A stretch of DNA of 64,000 bases, from NCBI GenBank assembly GCA_964270895.1, contig OZ185440.1, one strand, 5' to 3'. Origin of the DNA: Podarcis filfolensis (Eukaryota). Position 1 is the first letter of the stretch. The number at the start of each line of letters is the position of its first letter. Below are positions 51,080-64,000 of the stretch, piece after piece. The translations under genes and the position numbers were made by a program. The notes below the pieces were generated by a model. The model searched no databases, had not been told where the DNA came from, and worked only from the letters and a program-made list of their open reading frames with translations.

Positions 51080-51485
51080 TCAAAGACAATATCTTAAGGC
51101 CCACCACTCTGTTTCTAAACCAACCTGGATCCTGTGATCATCATCTGAGGCCCTTCTTTGTATGTCCCATCCATGAGAAGCCTAGAGGGTGGCAACACAA
51201 GAACAGGCCTTTTCCGCAGTGGCTCCCCATTTGTAGAATGTTCACCCCAGGGAGGCTTGCCTGGCAGCTTCCCTACATATCTTTAGGCACCAAGCAAAAA
51301 CTTTCTCTATAATCAGACCTTTGGCTAATTAAACATTCTATGGCCTTTTAAAGGTGATTGTGGGAGGGGGGTTATTGGTTTGTTTTTTCTTTTGTTTTTT
51401 TGTGTTCTTGTTTTGTATTTTTCTGTTTTGAAGTGCCCTGTGATCTTCGGATGAAGGGTGGTATACCAATTTAATAAAAATAATC
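51080..51485 (+). mobile_element. Older L2 LINE 3' end
   Basis: acaggccttttccgcagtggctcccc ORF end plus gtgatcttcggatgaagggtggtata tail. Confidence 0.7.
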
Positions 51486-54400
51486 TAAATTCAACTTGCT
51501 TTATTATTTTATAGATTTCACTATAATGTACTGTATATTCTCACAATATCTATCCCAGTAGGGTATACACATTTGTTATAAATACTGTAATTGATGCAAC
51601 ACTACAGTTTGATGCCGCTGTTTCTGCTGTGAATGAAGCTGTACCTTTATCTGATCAAGTAATAAGAGGTTTTCCACTTGCAAAATGGACACAGAAAATC
51701 ATGTAAAATAAATGCCACTTCAGCTCATGTCTGCATGTTATATACTATAAGGGCTTCCACAATGCCAGGGAATGTCACATTGGTTTACTTAGGCATAGAT
51801 TTGATGAGGCAGCTGAGTAACAGCTGCAGAAGCATTAAAGGACATTTAGTGTGAACTGCAAAGACTCCAGTTCAAATCTGTGGTTAGCTATGAACTCACT
51901 GAAGGAACATGGGCATATTCCAGACTCTACCCACCTCCTCCATCTGAAATACAAGTATAATAATAACTAGTAGCAGTCTATTATTCAGTTATTGTAAGCC
52001 TTACAGCATGCAAGATACAGCATAGGTGAAGCTTTTAGAGGGAAACTGTAGTAATGAGCAAAGAGACACCGAATTCCACAGGAATCGCATCAGAGTGCAC
52101 ATGTATAAGATTATGCTGCAAGTCTCATTTAAATGGGAAAGTTGGCCGCATTTAAATGTATCTCACTGAAATGAGACTTAAAAGTCTTTGCTTGAACCGA
52201 GTCTACTGTTTGCTTGTAATGTGGATGCTGTTAAGTAAGGCAGCCTAGGATTTCCTGCTGAGGTATTCTCCCCTCTCAAATCCCTCCGGCTCAGCATCTA
52301 TCAAGGTAATTAATGCTGTCATTTATCCAAACTCTGGAACTGTTTATCGTGTATTGTGATACCTCCTTAGCAAAATGTACCTTAGACCAAGATCGCATTT
52401 CCCAGCCTTTGCTAGGCTGATACCCTCCAGATGTTTTGTATCACAACTCCCATCAGCCCCAGCATGGTAGTCCAAAACATCTGGAGGGCACCAGGTTGGT
52501 GAAAGCTGACATTTTAAAGTGCTTTATTACGACTTTCTCCATGCCAGTTTATATGCACTGCCACAGTTTCCAAGTTGTGTTTTTCCAGCTTCAAATGTAA
52601 TTGCATCTCCCTTCAGCTAGTGAAGGTGACAATATTTATTCTCTTGCCTAGCCTACCCCATATGCTGGCCTACAGTGGCCTGTGACTACATGCAATCCCA
52701 TAGTATGGTATGTAGACCCGCTATTCAACATTACCAGCCTGCCCACCCCACCCTCAGCAGTTTCTTGCCTTGTCAGTTTTTGGTATTTTATGGCCTTTTA
52801 TAATCGTTGCTGCACTCTGTGCTCCATTTTGGCAGAAGGGTAAGATACAACATAAGTAACTAAATGAACAAACCAACAGTCATTGACACCCGTAAGTATA
52901 AGAGAGGCTAAAAACTGGCATATTGATCCTAGACAGGTGCAACTGATCCTAGACTGTAAAGTTGGTAAATGTTCAGACAAAACTATATGGCAGAGACACA
53001 GAAGCTGTGAACTCCAGGTGTTACTGGACTACAACAGCTCCTACCATACCTGAACACTGGCCATGCTGGTTGAGGCTGGAGAGAGTTGGTTTCCAACAAA
53101 ATCTGGAGTGCAACACATTCCCCATTTCTGCTATTCTGCAATAATGGACAACAGGAAAGCTCCCACTGTTGAAACATCTTACTATTTCCAGGGTCCCTCC
53201 CCCAGACTTTGTGTCACTCTGCATTTTAAAAGCTACTCCACATATCAACCAGGAAGAAGCAATTTTCATTTGTTCATCTACCAAACAAATCACCTTGTAG
53301 AAATGTTGTATCTGATGCCCAGTCACTTTTCCATACCTTCCCAAAGAAAAAGTAAGACTAAAATCACTTTTTGTTAACATTGGCAATGAAGAAAAATCAG
53401 CATATAAGTCAGATTTGAATCTCTGCCTTTTGCTATACATAGGTGCTACTAGCTTAGTCTTCAGCAAGAAACTGATGAGTTGGAATTCATTAGGATGTTT
53501 GAAACTCTAGAACTCCGCAAGCACTGGAGGTGGCTTTCTCACTACAAAATGCAACTGTCCCACTTTTGGTGTCATATGATTCTCAGTGCTCTGCTAGTTT
53601 AACACCAGTGGCTTCCATTTGGGGGTGAGTCACATTCCCTCCATTTGGATTTTGTGTGCAACAGAGAAATGTAATACACCTGCCTACGTATACCAAACCC
53701 CTTTGGTTACTGGTCAGGTAATGGAAGCTTATGAAAAAACCACTTGTTTGTATACTACCTAGCAAGGCTATAGTGAAGATAAGATCTAAGCCACACAGCC
53801 AAATCCTATGCATATTCATTTGGAATTAGTCTCATAATTCACTAAAAATTATTTCAAGTAACTTGACATTGATCAGTAGTCCTAGCCTCCCACCCAGATG
53901 GTGGTGGTGGTGATGATGATGATAGCAATAATACTCAGCCCCCACCACCTACAGAGGATAGCAGTCCCTCCCAGCTCTCACCGGGGATCCCTCCTTTTCT
54001 TCCCAGCCTGCCCACAAATTGTCCAATCATGGGCAGGTTACCCTGTGGGCAGACCGGACTGAGCCTGTGGGCTTCACTCCAGTCTGTCTGCTGGGCACTG
54101 AAGCCAGGAGGCTGGGGGTTGAAGGCAAAACTTGCATAAAATTCCTCCATTCTTCTGTTAGCAAAAACACCTGCCAGGTCAAAAGCCCTTTCATAAGCAC
54201 AAAGGCACCATTTGGATTTCATTCATAGAACTGCTATTTATATTACTCATAAGTATGTTCTTGTTCTTTAAAAGCTCTCTTAACTTTTATTATTTTCTAT
54301 CATTCAGCTGAATCGTGGATGCTTGCTTCTAATAAAAATCTGAGCTCAAAATAACATTTTCAATTTATGTACATTCATTGAATATTTTTTCTATTCCATG

Positions 54401-55834
54401 TGGTTGAAAATGCTCCACATAACATGACATAAGCAGAATATTGCCCTCATATTTCATTCTCTGTTGGAATGCAGAAAAAGATGCATTTTAAGAATTCCAC
54501 TTCTTTTGTTGTTTAAAAAGAATCACTCAGTCCTCCTAGGTCTGAACAGGTTCATACTGTGAATTTTCCACTGAAGTATAACTTTGTTCTTGCCTCCTTA
54601 TTTGACATTTTGAGAAATATAATACTGGCAGATATTCATAGGTATAATAGCTGCCATTATTATTTATCTGGAACATCTAATCAGGAAGCAAGAACAAAGT
54701 TATTATTCATGGAGGAAACAGCAGGGCAAATTTCTACCGTAAAACTGCCTGCTCACTCATGTCTGAATTAGAAATATAGAACATGAAATACAGTCTTGCT
54801 TCTACTTGAGAAAATTATATTCCATCCCTCCCCATCCCACAATAATATATCACATCCCTTCTTTTGTCTGTCTAATTTTATTTTCTAGAGCCTCCTTCTG
54901 CAGTTCTTCCCTGTAATGATCCCATAGTTCTGTAAAAACTGCAAATCAAAACTTTCATTTAAAAGGAATAAGAAAACTCTGCATGAGATATGGGGAAATC
55001 TTATGGAAGTGTGAAGAATAAACTTTGACCCAATCCTAATTCCCCTGCTCCCTTTTATTGGTATTTACTGCTGCCAAATCCTTATGAAAGAAATTTGAGG
55101 AGCTCTATGGGCAAGGTAATATGCTGCCACTATCATTGTTGTTGAAAAGCAATTTCCGCTTATCCCATCGGCTTCCAGGCATGGGCATATGGCTAGGCCC
55201 ATGGGAAGGAAAACTCCTGAATTTGCAAACTATACCAGTCAAAGAATATATGCTATTTAAGAAATTTGCTTAGGATCAGGATGCATAGAAAGAGTAGAAT
55301 GGAGTCAAAACTGGTAGCAGAGCACAAAGAATTCACATTCTCTACATTTAGGCAGACTTGAACTTATAGCTCAGGAAAGTCCCCATCCACTTGGATTTAT
55401 GGGCAACCTCTCTTTGGCCATGGATATGTCATTTCATGAGCACAGCTCCACAGAAAGAGTTTGACCTTCAGTTAGACAAGACTGAAAGGGGATTTGCCAA
55501 ACTTAAATTGGGACTGCCTTGTTCCAAAACAGGGGAGTTTGTATTTTGAGCTCTTTCTCTTGATCATTCCTGCTTTTGAGCTGAAACACAGAAATGTAGA
55601 AAAAGGAGACAGAAGGTACCCAGAAAACAGCTTTAGTTTTTAGCATTCAGATGGTGATTTGAGATATCAAAATTGCTTATCACAATTATTTTCATTTATA
55701 AAATGCCTAGTATATGCTTGGCACGCTACAGAAATAAAAACATCAGGACTCTGCCTGCAACTGGGAAAGGGAGAAAGAAGGGCAAAAAGTTAAAAAATGA
55801 ATGAAGTAATCTACCTAAGGATGAAAGTACCAAC

Positions 55835-55835
<1 letters not shown>

Positions 55836-55879
<44 letters not shown>
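55836..55879. repeat. (TG)n microsatellite
   Basis: Direct reading. Confidence 0.95.
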
Positions 55880-55882
<3 letters not shown>

Positions 55883-56756
55883 ATTAACATCAAAAGGGAA
55901 GTGCAAGAAATGAAAAAAAAAGTTTTCAATAATTTATTAAAGACAAAGAATATTTTCCTCAACTGGTATATATATACATTTTATGAAATTAATGAACTGA
56001 TTAACTGTTCCTCCTTCATTCAGCACTTATTCGCATGTGTTCCTGATCTTCCTGATCCTTAATGCATACAGAATCTTGTCTAGCTAGATTTCTGGTGGGC
56101 AGTTTTATCACAGGCGCAACAAAACAGGCAGAGGCAGCAGCCATGGGAAGGAACAGAGTTATCTTGGGCACGGCTATAGAACAGAGCCAAGCAAACACTC
56201 CTGCTCCCCTCTCCAATGTAGCTTTCCTGCTAGAAGAAAATAAACTTTGAAGCACATCGGCCTGCACCCTTTTTATGAATGCAAGCACAGCAGATTTTTG
56301 GGTGGGCATCTGGCACTATAAAATAAGTCTATCTATAAATCACACTCTCTGCCTGGAGCCTTTCACAGGATAAGTTTTAAAAACAGCTCTTCATGGAGTA
56401 ATTTTAAAATCAACTGAAATTAATGATGGAAAGAGCTAGACTCCTTGCGCTTTCCGATTTTACTTGTGTGAGCAATAGAATATGGAACGGAGCTTCTCCT
56501 GAAATCTGAGTTAATAACGGCTGAGCCACCAAGTGCCAAGGTGAACAAAAAAAGTTGCCCAAACTAGAGCATAGGGACACATGCTTTATTTCTAGCAGAA
56601 CCTTCTTAGGAACACCACATCCTGCCAACTTAGCTATCTTTTATGCAGATAACTGTCAGTGGCAGAGTCTGCATTCTGTAATCTGCACCTCCAGCATCTA
56701 CCATTGGCTATCATAGTTTGTCTTCTTGGTGTTAGATACTGCCTACACATTGTGTT

Positions 56757-57015
56757 TTGTGCATATTTTCCACTCCTATAATGATCATAATATAGTAGGA
56801 AATTCCACTTTGTGTAATAAATTACAAAATTAAGGTGTCCAAAGGGTTGCAACAACAAGCCTTATAAATGGACTAGGTTTGCTTGAATGAAGGTAAGTTC
56901 AAAACCAAGTAGCAGCAAGCAAGGCAAACAGTTGGCATGCTACAAAGTTGACCTGATCTACAGGTAGCCAAATGGCACTCCTGAGAGGCTGCGGAAGCAT
57001 GGAGAGGGTGGCCAT
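56757..57015 (-). pseudogene. MBOAT2: MBOAT2 (LPCAT4/LPEAT) processed pseudogene fragment, exons 1-3, with stop and deletion/frameshift
   Basis: Reads MATLSMLPQPLRSAIWLPVDQVNFVACQLFALLAATWF*TYLHSSKPSPFIRLVVATL, then after a disrupted stretch FITQSGISYYIMIIIGVENMHK. Matches recalled MBOAT2 (QLPIDQVNFVVCQLFALLAAIWFRTYLHSSK; QSGISYCIMIIIGVENMHN). No intron at DQ|VN. TGA at 56899-56901. Confidence 0.9.
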
Positions 57016-58148
57016 GGCAAAGAAGCCGCTTCCCCAAACTCTCAGGCCAGCCCAGAAAAGATGGGATGGGGGTGAATGAAAACCAGAGAAGGACAACCGG
57101 CTGGCATTGCTTCCCCTCTTTCTTCCGCAGAACATCAGTCAATAGCAGCAAAAGCAAGGGCAGTAAAAAAAAAAAGTCCCCTTTGAAAAATTAGAGAAGG
57201 CAAATCTGCCTTCTTGAATTCACAATTCAACTGCACTTTTTAAAAAAGGATTCAAAAAACTGGGTTTCACACAGTATGAATGGGAGTAGACACAAGCAGC
57301 AGCTGAGCTATGATTTTGTAGGTCACGCTTCTTTTGAGAAACAGCCTTTACAAGCAACTTTGGCACTTCTTTATGTTGTGAACCGCCCTGTGATCTTCAG
57401 ATGAAGGGCAGTATACAAATTTAATATATAATAATGATAATAATTCTTGGCAGATAGCCGAAGATTGGTGATGGGTTCTTATTTTGCTTGCCACTGCAGA
57501 GGCTGCTTCACATGATTATTTGTATTCTCTGATCACTAATGTTTTAACAATAGAGCTCTGGAGCTGACCCCTTTCTTATGGATTTGACATTCTCTCCAAG
57601 ATCTAGGAATTCTGTCCTAGTGCTGAGAGGTTGCCATCTTGGTGCATGGCACCTCTATCTATGGGAAAAGGCATTTGCTCAGCTCTAAGATGCTGGACAA
57701 TGTAGGCCTTTGGTCTGATCTAAGGACTCTTCTCATGTTCACCATGCACACTGAATGAAAATAACATTCAGGACATTATTTAAATCTGATTTCTCCTTTC
57801 TCTCTTGCATTTTAACAACCATTTCTGGCATCAAATTCGTGCAACTGGACCAGAGGCCAGGTAGGCCTAGTTCAGCATGAGTAGCCTTGTGATGAAAACT
57901 AGTCTGACCATGCATGGCAACTACAGTACATGGAAATGTGTGGGTAGAAAAAGGAGCAATAAAGCCAGCTTTGCTGCATGGCTGCTCACCAGAGAGGACT
58001 GGTTCCCCACAAGGATGCAGCTGCCACCCCATGAAATCCTAAGTGGCCACTCCATAATTTGCATGCATTTGTTTGTTAGGTGTTTTCCTGTAGTACATGA
58101 AGCAAATTACAAAATGGTGCTTCCTACCACAATTAAAACAGGTCAAAT

Positions 58149-58150
<2 letters not shown>

Positions 58151-58184
<34 letters not shown>
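58151..58184. repeat. (GT)n microsatellite
   Basis: Direct reading. Confidence 0.95.
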
Positions 58185-58187
<3 letters not shown>

Positions 58188-61100
58188 CAATCCTAACAAA
58201 AAGGAAAAGAAACAGCAACCAAAAAGATTAAATGTCCAACAATTCAGACACTAGGAAAATCCTTCGAGAATGTAAATACTGTATTTTCATAGGAGGAAGG
58301 AAAAGAGGGAAATGGGCTGGTAAGTCTCTCCAAGCAAAGGATTCTACTGTTGAAGCTCTTCTCTGTGCCCAAACTGTTCTCACTTTAGGGAAAGATGGCA
58401 TACGAAAGAGACATCAATCCCACAATCAGAGGGAAGCGGTGATATAGCGAAGACATTCTGTAATGTCTGCAGGGCCCAAGATGTTTGGGAAAGGGCTGCA
58501 ACCAGCACTTTGAAGCCATCCAATAGTCACAGCCAAGAGGATCTCCCACGTCACTGCCTGGGTTTAAGAAGTACCTATGGCAGTTCACTTACATTCAGCA
58601 CTGCAGACTCTGATTAATCGACATTTTGGCTCCCTTTCTTGCTTTCTTTTTAAAAGCTTTACTACATCACAAATATCAAATCAGCCTAGTCATTTGTTTT
58701 TCCAGAGGCAGCACCATGGCTACGTCTTCCCTGATCACAGGAAACAAGGCTAACACTGCACTGACTAGCTGGAAACAGACAGTGCTGTGCTATGTTGAAT
58801 TGCAATCTACTCTTCTCCCTGTCCTGGTTTTAAAGGCTGGGAAAACTATGCGGGGGGGGGGGCGATGGTAGGGGAGAGATAACAAGACTGGCAGCTGCCA
58901 TCGCACAATGCTTCATTTCATCCATCAGGGAAAGGTCTTGTCGGCAAGGAGGTTAATATGAACTTGTTCTATGCAAGCGTTATTAAGCACCTTTCTGAAC
59001 AAGAAAGATACTGTCCTTAAAGTGCTCTTCTCTTCCAGATTTAGCAAAAAATGGAAAATCTACTGCATGCCAGAGTGCTTGGGGTTGCTTTTATTAAGAC
59101 AGAAAGGATCTTCCTCCCGATATTATTACCACAGAGTTAGAAATGCTCCTTCTAGGCAATAGGCAATGAAAAGAAAGGAGTGATAACATAGGGAGGGTGA
59201 ATACTTAACACCCCAATACATCCATCAAGGACTGACATATCCAAATCCAGGGTGACAACCTCCTCAGTTGCAATAGGAAGTTGAATAAACAAGCTAAAAA
59301 CAAACCCTGCCATGTAGTACTGCCCCCACCCCGTTAGAACCCCAACTAGGGAAACTTTAGGCTGTTTCTGGGTGCCATGGGCCAGCCTTGAACCAGCAAG
59401 CTGCACCCAGGCACGCATTGGTGTTGCAATCCACAATCTTCATCACAGTGGGGGCCATTAGAAAAATGTCAAACTATTTTTACACAAAAAGGCCTGGCTA
59501 CAGGAATGCAGATATTGCTTAGCGCCCATCAGGGCCTAGGGACATCCTTCCCAGCACTAGAAGGCATCCATGTTGGTTGACAATGAATTTCTGCACAGTC
59601 ATCGTGACCCTGGTGCCCTCTTGCATCAGACGCTCACAGATGGCAAGATAAAAATAATTAATGCAACTCTTCCCCTCAGTGACTACCGCACCCAGAATTG
59701 TGAGTTTAAAACCATTTTAAAATGTGAAAGGGGGACTTCTTTATACGTGGTAATCAGATATGTTTTACTTAGAGTAGACCAACTCTGTGGTTCTGGGCAT
59801 CATGCAGTGGCACTGGACCAGGACTTTGTGGTATGTGATTCTCAGAAATTAGTGTGGCATTTGCCATAACTATATCTGACAAACAACTGGGGAGGCGGAA
59901 CGGATTTACAACATAATTTTATGTGGGATGGGGTGGAACGGGTGGATTAACTGCCTCTTCCAAAGCTCTGCCAACTTCTGCTGGCCAGGGTAGGAGAGGA
60001 CTAAATGTATTCCTCCCCTTAGATAGGGGGTAGAATTAGTTACACAAGCATACGAAGAGGGAGGCTATTCTGGGGCTTCTCTGAGGAACGAAGGGGCTTA
60101 GATCCAGTGTATCCAAAGCCACCGTTATCATGCCCCACCCCCAGAATCGGGCCCAGCGTTAGGGCCTACTGATGGCTGGTCAAAAACCCACCAGCAATAG
60201 ATCTATGCTCACAGTCATATTATTATTATTACTATTATTATTAAGCGGATGTGCTCATTCACCAGTGAAGCTCTTCCATGCATGGAGAGAGGTGCCTCCA
60301 ATTCATCCCAAACTGCTCCCCAGGCCAGCTAGCAGATCCAGGGTTAGGACTGGAGTTTGCTTAAAAGTCAATATCCTTATATCATTCACATAATATTGTG
60401 AACCTGAATCTTTATATTTTGCCTTTATAGGGTTAAAAAAAATAAAAGAACATGAAAAACACCAGCAACTGATAAATGAGTAGCAGCAAAAGTAATCTGA
60501 AGTAGCTTTTATGCTTCTTGTTGTTGGATGGATATTTTCTTTGTTTCTAAAAATAATATTATCTGTCATTAAGTAGTGTTAGTTTACAAATAATGGTTTT
60601 TTTTCAGTCACTATGGGCCTAATCATAATTATCGTTGCTCTTTTTTATTATTCTTACATAGTCTTTTCCAGATAAATCACCACAGACTAAAGGCTTTATC
60701 TCAAGTGTAAGGAGCCATCTTCCTGAAGATAATAGGAACTGGCAGTTACTGACCATAGCTTGTAGCAGCGTGAACTGTAAAAGAAAAAGGACTGAGAAAT
60801 CTTGGAAAGAAGCTACATGAGAGCTTCATCTATAATGCTCAGTTTGTAGTTTTAAAAGACCACCAGAAAAGCCAGAAGTATCTCTAAAACTTCAGTCCTA
60901 TAAATTCTTGCCTGGAGTAAGCCCAGCTGAGTTCTCAGGCTACTTGTGCCACATGTAAACCGTAAAGGGGACAGTCGGGTGAGTCTGAAAACCATTGGCA
61001 ACAGTTCATTTGTTGCTTATTTTATCTTTCTCCACACTGCTGTCAGTAAGATGGGTTTTTCCTGCTTCTGCTACAGGAATATCAGAGTGTTTCCATAGCC

Positions 61101-61965
61101 ACAGACACTAGGTTAATCTTTGGGATATGGACACCAAGTTCACAGAGCAGAAAAATAAATAAAATATCAAACACAACCAGGGCTGGCCCTACCATTAGGC
61201 AAAGTGAGGTGACTACCTCAGGTGGCAGATGGTGGTGAAAGCAGCCCCTTGGCTGTTCCTTCTGAGCCCCCCTGGCCATTCTCTTCTGTTGGAGGACAGA
61301 GCTGTATACGCTGTACAGCATGTCCTTGCACCCCCTAAACTAGCATGCTACCTCAGTTGTTGTGGAGTACATCATCCTGTCGTTAGTGATGAACTGAGGT
61401 TCCATTGCTTCTCTTAAATGGAATGCGGAGGGGAACTGCCATTTTGTCCTTTGCCTTAGGCAGCAACACTCTGACCATCAACCCCCTCAAATACACAACT
61501 TACGCTCATTCCTATTAGAGGGTGAACCAATATCTTCTTTCCTTTCCTCATTACCCTGAAGTGCAGCTATCTTGACTGTGTGTGGTGTATCATCATCCAA
61601 TTCCTGCACCACAGCCTTTGTATACAGGGAACATATAGCATGGGCCATTGACTTAATCTAGAGTTTCAGAGAGTAAGGGAACGATTTCAAGTCCTTACCC
61701 ATCTTCCACTACACTTTCCTGGAAGCATGATAAGAAGGTCCTCCCTTCTTGATCCATGACACTAAACGCCTCTCTAAGCAACACCATAGCAACCATGTTG
61801 TAGGAAGTGATGCTTGAGAAGTCCATTATGACTGGTTGGGTTTGACACCAATCAACAAACACACAAGTAAAGCTTCCTCATTTGGCTTGCTTTGGAAGCC
61901 AGTAAGAGCCTGCTCTGGTCTTCCAGGGAACCAGGCAGGGTCAGGAATCAAGGGTCAGCACAGCA

Positions 61966-62297
61966 GTGTCCCTTATTTCCAGGGATGTCCCTGATTTAGA
62001 GAATCTGCCCCAGTTTCTGATTTGATCCTGGAATGTCCAGCTTTTCCTTAGGATGTCCCTATTTTTATTGGAGAAATGTTGGGGGGATGGAGTTATCAAA
62101 CCCCCAAGACGCCTGAAGACAATCCTGTATAGGGAGGTTTTTAAAAAATGTTTAATGATTTATTATGTTTTTATATATGCTGGAAGCTGCCCAGAGTGGC
62201 TGGGGCAACCCAGTAAGATGTGTGGGGTATAAATGGTAAAATTATCATTATGAAATGAGACATCCCTATTTTCATCCGAGAAATGTTGGCGGGTATG
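61966..62297. mobile_element. Second copy of the composite repeat, without the MITE
   Basis: Reverse complement aligns to 43501-44053 across the MITE insertion point. Confidence 0.7.
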
Positions 62298-63135
62298 GCA
62301 TAGGCATGTGTCAAGGGGGTCACCCCCCACAAGGGACCTGATGACAAGAGCTCCCTGGAGCTGCTGCAGTGAGAAAGAGACTCATGGTGTTGAAAGGACT
62401 ATGGGAGTTCTTGCCGAAGGGCTCTCCTAAACCTGGAGCCAACAAGGATTACAGACAAAGAGAAGCTTGATTCCAAACATCCTCTGAGCAAGTAATTCTA
62501 GTTTGGCCTTAGAAAGTAGGAAAATATTGACCTCTGCTCTAGATTTGCCTATCTTCTGAGGCCCAGTTAGATACTTGCTTAGTAATAGAATGCGCAGAAT
62601 CAAGTCTCACCATGGTCCACTGGAGAAGCAGAGCAGATTCCATTTTACTGGCTGCCAATACAAGCAACCGTGGCTGGAAAACACTTCCAAGCATTCACCT
62701 TACCTTGTGCACTCCTCATGACCCCAGAGGCCAATACAGGCAGAAGGAGACTTCTTAATGATAAAACATGACAAAATGATCATTCAAGAGATAAAATGTG
62801 AATTGCCCCAAGTATCTGCAGTAAACGACCCAAATAAATGAACGAATGAGGGCACATATTTCCTGCTCGATGCAGCACAACACCAGAACACAGGGAGAGA
62901 AACCACAAACCAGCTTACTCAACAGCATATCAGGTAAAAGAACAGAAATATCTATAGACCCACTTTAATTAATTAATTTCTATAGCACTAGCAATGTACA
63001 TGTTGCTTTACAGTATCCCCAGATGGGGAGTTAGCTGAAGACAGAGAAGGGGAAATAGAGACAGTATTGGAGGACTAAGGGGGTTCAGCCAAAGGCTCCA
63101 GGGAAGGGATCTGAAAGGAGGAAAGTAGTGGGTGG

Positions 63136-63137
<2 letters not shown>

Positions 63138-63186
<49 letters not shown>
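63138..63186. repeat. (GA)n microsatellite
   Basis: Direct reading. Confidence 0.95.
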
Positions 63187-63187
<1 letters not shown>

Positions 63188-63247
63188 AGGCACTCTGAAA
63201 CTAGTTTGGGGGGAGCTACCAGGAATCAAAGTAACTGAGGGAGGATT

Positions 63248-63474
63248 AGGTAAAGGTAAAGGGACCCCTGACCATTAGGTCGAGTCATGGCCGACTCTGG
63301 GGTTGCGACGCTCATCTCGCTTTATTGGCCGAGGGTCATGTGGCCAGCATGACTATGCCACTTCTGGCTAACCAGAGCAGCGCACGGAAATGCCGTTTAC
63401 CTTACCGCCGGAGCGGTACCTATTTATCTACTTGCACTTTTGACGTGCTTTCAAACTGCTAGGTTGGCAGGAGC
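63248..63474 (-). mobile_element. Sauria SINE 3' portion (5'-truncated, internal deletion) abutting BovB
   Basis: Shares ccgactctggggttg, cacggaaa-gccgtttacctt and cggtacctatttatctacttgcac with the 10.5-kb copy; (ACCTTT) tail at left. Confidence 0.9.
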
Positions 63475-63490
63475 AACGAAATTAAAAGAC

Positions 63491-64000
63491 ACCTTGCTAG
63501 CGTGTGAAATGAGTGCAATTGTGTGGTAGCTGGAGCATTCTTTGGCACTGCCCTTCTTTGGGATTGGGATGTAGACTGACTTTCTCCAATCCTCTGGCCG
63601 TTGCTGAGTTTTCCAAACTTGCTGGCATATTGAGTGTAGCACCTTAACAGCATCATCTTTTAAAATTTTAAATAGTTCAGCTGGAATATCATCACTTCCA
63701 CTGGCTTTGTTATTAGCAGTGCTTTCTAAGGCCCATTTGACTTCACTCTCCAGAATGTCTGGTTCAAGGTCAGCAACCACACTACCTGGGGTGTACGAGA
63801 CATCCATATCTTTCCGGTATAATTCCTCTGTGTATTCTTGCCACTTCTTCTTGATGTCTTCTGCTTCTGTTAGGTCCTTACCACTTTTGTCCTTTATTAT
63901 GGTAATCTTTGTACAAAATGTTCCTTTCATATCTCTAATTTTCTTGAACAGATCTCTAGTTTTTCCCATTCTGTTGTTTTCCTCTATTTCTTTGCATTGC
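63491..64000 (-). mobile_element. BovB (RTE clade) LINE ORF fragment, linker to start of RT; runs off window
   Basis: Stop-free QCKEIEENNRMGKTRDLFKKIRD...EPDILESEVKWAL...PEDWRKSVYIPIPKKGSAKECSSYHTIALISHASKV, the characteristic BovB sequence. Confidence 0.93.

Noticed and set aside
44060-56400. Numerous 60-150 aa ORFs and possible conserved non-coding elements (about 48100-48500, 52200-52350)
   Set aside because: No recognisable domains or splice-consistent structure; conservation cannot be judged without alignments.
41448-64000. SGIP1 exon 1 (ATGATGGAAG|gt) and promoter
   Set aside because: No match found by eye and no non-repeat CpG island; presumed to lie beyond 64000.

Overview
Eukaryotic, intron-rich vertebrate DNA, not a prokaryotic locus. 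The repeat content (Sauria SINE, Squam3-like SINE, BovB) points to a squamate, probably a lacertid lizard (inference). The window holds the 5' two-thirds of SGIP1 on the minus strand. I traced 16 coding exons (41447 down to 86; 1518 nt, 506 codons). Splice phases are consistent throughout and the translation matches my recollection of human SGIP1. Exon 1 was not found and presumably lies beyond 64000; the mu-homology-domain exons lie before position 1. Highlights: (1) a minor-spliceosome U12 AT-AC intron (25863-27000) splitting the AP-2-activating linker; (2) twin 12-nt microexons RKSP and RRSP with SRRM4-type UGC and RBFOX motifs; (3) an MBOAT2 processed pseudogene in the presumed first intron that keeps its 5' end but stops near the exon 3 boundary, the reverse of the usual truncation; (4) a BovB LINE fused to a Sauria SINE 3' half; (5) a Tc2-type MITE carrying a CpG-rich 108-bp minisatellite about 235 bp upstream of exon 2, while a sister copy carries a perfect 31-bp hairpin; (6) a possible decayed DIRS element behind the longest unexplained reading frame; (7) a perfect 29-bp inverted repeat between the microexons. 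I found no evidence for a wholly new gene system. Most listed ORFs are chance ORFs or repeat artefacts. All homology calls come from memory of reference sequences, not database searches. Exon numbers are my own count.
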